In this document: piece by piece, positions 62,286 to 64,000 of the stretch
Numbering within the stretch: position 1 is the first letter of the stretch
How the letters are laid out: each line of letters opens with the position of its first letter
Assembly (NCBI GenBank): GCA_976226885.1
Contig: OZ320320.1
Coordinates: forward strand, 14,694,001-14,758,000
DNA length: 64,000 nucleotides
Direction: 5' to 3'
DNA from: Iphione sp. A-MEVVRFRX5
Lineage: Eukaryota
Program-made: the position numbers and the translations under genes
The notes under the pieces: model-generated
What the model saw: only the letters and a program-made list of their open reading frames with translations
The model's database searches: none
What the model was told of the DNA's origin: nothing

Positions 62286-64000
62286 TGCCCACTGCCAATG
62301 GCGCACCCTGTATGGGAATTAGTGATCCCGACACCCACATTATACCAGAACTCATTGACATAGTTACCCAACCCCAAGATTATGAAGCTCAATTGCCTAG
62401 GGGGGCCCCCACCACGCATGCCTCACTCATATACGCACATGTGTACAATTGGCCTAAGATCCTTTCCTGTAACGATCCACAGCTGATTAAGGTGTATGAA
62501 GCGGTCAAAGACACAGGTCTGCCTAATTCACTTGAATGTAAAATACCACTAACTTCTTCATTAAATTTCAGGTTGTGGGACATAGTCATCGGACAAGGTG
62601 GTGAGCTTGAAAAAATATTGTCAGAAGGTATAAGATATGGTTTTCAGCTGGGATATACACGCCAGCACGTCCCCGACACCCAAATAAACAACTATCCCTC
62701 AGCCACCGCCCACATGCAGAGCGTTGTCGACTATGTCAACGAAGAAAGGTTATGTAATGCGATTTCAACACCCACACATACACGCCCATTCACACATTGC
62801 GCAGTGAGCCCATTGCTCACTAGACCGAAACAAAACACATCAAAGAGACGAATAGTAGTTGACCTAAGCGCTACAGGGGTGAACACAGGCATACCACAAC
62901 ATTACCTGTTTGATTACAACTATACAATGTCGTTGCCAACCCCTCTTGACCTAGTGACCAGTCTTGTAGGATATCCAGACACCTCACATATAGCTACAGT
63001 GGACATCAGCAGGGCATACCGAAATTTTCGAGTAGATCCTCTCGACTGGCCACTGCTGGTGTTCTCGGTAGACAACGAATTTTACTTCGATGTATCATTA
63101 CCATTTGGGACTAGGCTCTCCTCGTACTACCTGCAAATGATGTCTGAAAAAATAGTCGCACATGTGCTCAGCGAATGCACTGGGGTAAACATTAAAGCCT
63201 ATCTTGATGATTATGTAATTGTTGGTGTCACTAAAGAGGCGACAGCAATCGCGTATGAACACCTGAAAACAACATTGTATGATCTAGGACTCGAGGTAGC
63301 CCAGCATAAGTGTACCCCACCAGCACGAAAAGCTACTTGGCTAGGCGTAGAGGTAGATGTGCAAAACAAAACACTGTCAATCACCAAAGAAAAAAAAGAT
63401 AGAGCATACAACTCTGCTTCAGAAATACTAAAAGAAGACAACTTATCGATTAAGAGAGTACAACGCTTTGTCGGTTTCATAAATTTTGTCTCTACATGCT
63501 TAGCCCCAGCTAGACTTTTCATCTGTGAGTTGCTGTTTCAGTACCGGGAGGCAATTAGGACTGATAATAGGAATGTAATTGTGACAACTCGCATACGAGA
63601 TGACATGTTATGGTTTGTGAAGTACATGCCTATGTATAATGGTATATCACCTTTCCAGGAGCATGTAATAACGGATGAAATTGTGGTAGATGCATGTTTA
63701 CAAGGCATGGGCGCATACACGAAAAAACACCTATACGCCATAAAAAACGACACACACCAGGGATTGAGTATAGCAAAGCTTGAAGCCCTTAATCTTGCAC
63801 TTGCTGTCGACATGTTTGGTAAACACTATAGCAAAGGTGCAGTATTAGAGGTTAAGTGTGACAACATGGCAACAATATGTGCAATGACGAACATGAGAAT
63901 CAGGGACAATGATTTGTCAGCGGTAGTAAGGTTCTGCTGGTACACTGCAATGAAGTATGGTATAATGTTAAAATTCACGCATGTACCAGGTGAGCGATTA
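62285..64000 (+). CDS. RT / RNase H ORF, open to the window end (absent from the ORF track)
   Basis: Manual translation from ATG 62285 shows no stop. Motifs TGLPN, RRIVVDLS, VDISRAYR, LPFG, YLDDY, WLG; RH motifs VDACL, IAKLEALN, CDN. Confidence 0.88.
   Translation, partial: MPTANGAPCMGISDPDTHIIPELIDIVTQPQDYEAQLPRGAPTTHASLIYAHVYNWPKILSCNDPQLIKVYEAVKDTGLPNSLECKIPLTSSLNFRLWDIVIGQGGELEKILSEGIRYGFQLGYTRQHVPDTQINNYPSATAHMQSVVDYVNEERLCNAISTPTHTRPFTHCAVSPLLTRPKQNTSKRRIVVDLSATGVNTGIPQHYLFDYNYTMSLPTPLDLVTSLVGYPDTSHIATVDISRAYRNFRVDPLDWPLLVFSVDNEFYFDVSLPFGTRLSSYYLQMMSEKIVAHVLSECTGVNIKAYLDDYVIVGVTKEATAIAYEHLKTTLYDLGLEVAQHKCTPPARKATWLGVEVDVQNKTLSITKEKKDRAYNSASEILKEDNLSIKRVQRFVGFINFVSTCLAPARLFICELLFQYREAIRTDNRNVIVTTRIRDDMLWFVKYMPMYNGISPFQEHVITDEIVVDACLQGMGAYTKKHLYAIKNDTHQGLSIAKLEALNLALAVDMFGKHYSKGAVLEVKCDNMATICAMTNMRIRDNDLSAVVRFCWYTAMKYGIMLKFTHVPGERL

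Larger units (their letters stand above)
61200..64000 (+). mobile_element. Second DIRS/Ngaro-class (YR-type) retrotransposon, truncated by the window end
   Basis: Gag with a CxxWxxGxC...H...HxCxxC...H...C finger followed by a DIRS-class RT/RH. The YR gene and terminal repeats are not visible in the window, so the subgroup is unresolved. The 5' boundary is approximate. Confidence 0.8.

Overview
This is repeat-rich animal genomic DNA, probably from a bilaterian invertebrate (tRNA-derived SINEs, CR1/L2-type LINEs, CTCF-like motifs, microsatellites). No multi-exon host gene can be called with confidence; there are only two candidate first exons. The main element is a complete 10.35-kb Ty3/Gypsy provirus (12093-22438) with 478-bp LTRs, an ACAT target-site duplication, a tRNA-His primer-binding site and a polypurine tract. 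It carries gag, pol (PR-RT-RH-IN) and a class I fusion, F-type envelope gene, so it is an endogenous-retrovirus-like element, now disabled by several point lesions. Reading by hand adds features the ORF track misses: an in-frame splice donor/acceptor pair predicting a spliced env mRNA, a 52-aa transmembrane ORF just upstream of gag, and candidate accessory ORFs. The second major element is an apparently intact Ngaro-type tyrosine-recombinase retrotransposon (27037-31267) with identical split direct repeats. It is inserted in a (TA)n tract and has gag and pol in one frame separated by a single TGA. A second YR-type retroelement starts near 61.2 kb and runs off the window. The rest comprises a near-complete CR1/L2 ORF2, LINE fragments, a piggyBac fossil, an EnSpm-like non-autonomous element, MITEs, a perfect 43-bp palindrome and tandem repeats. 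Family assignments rest on motifs read by eye; no database search was run.
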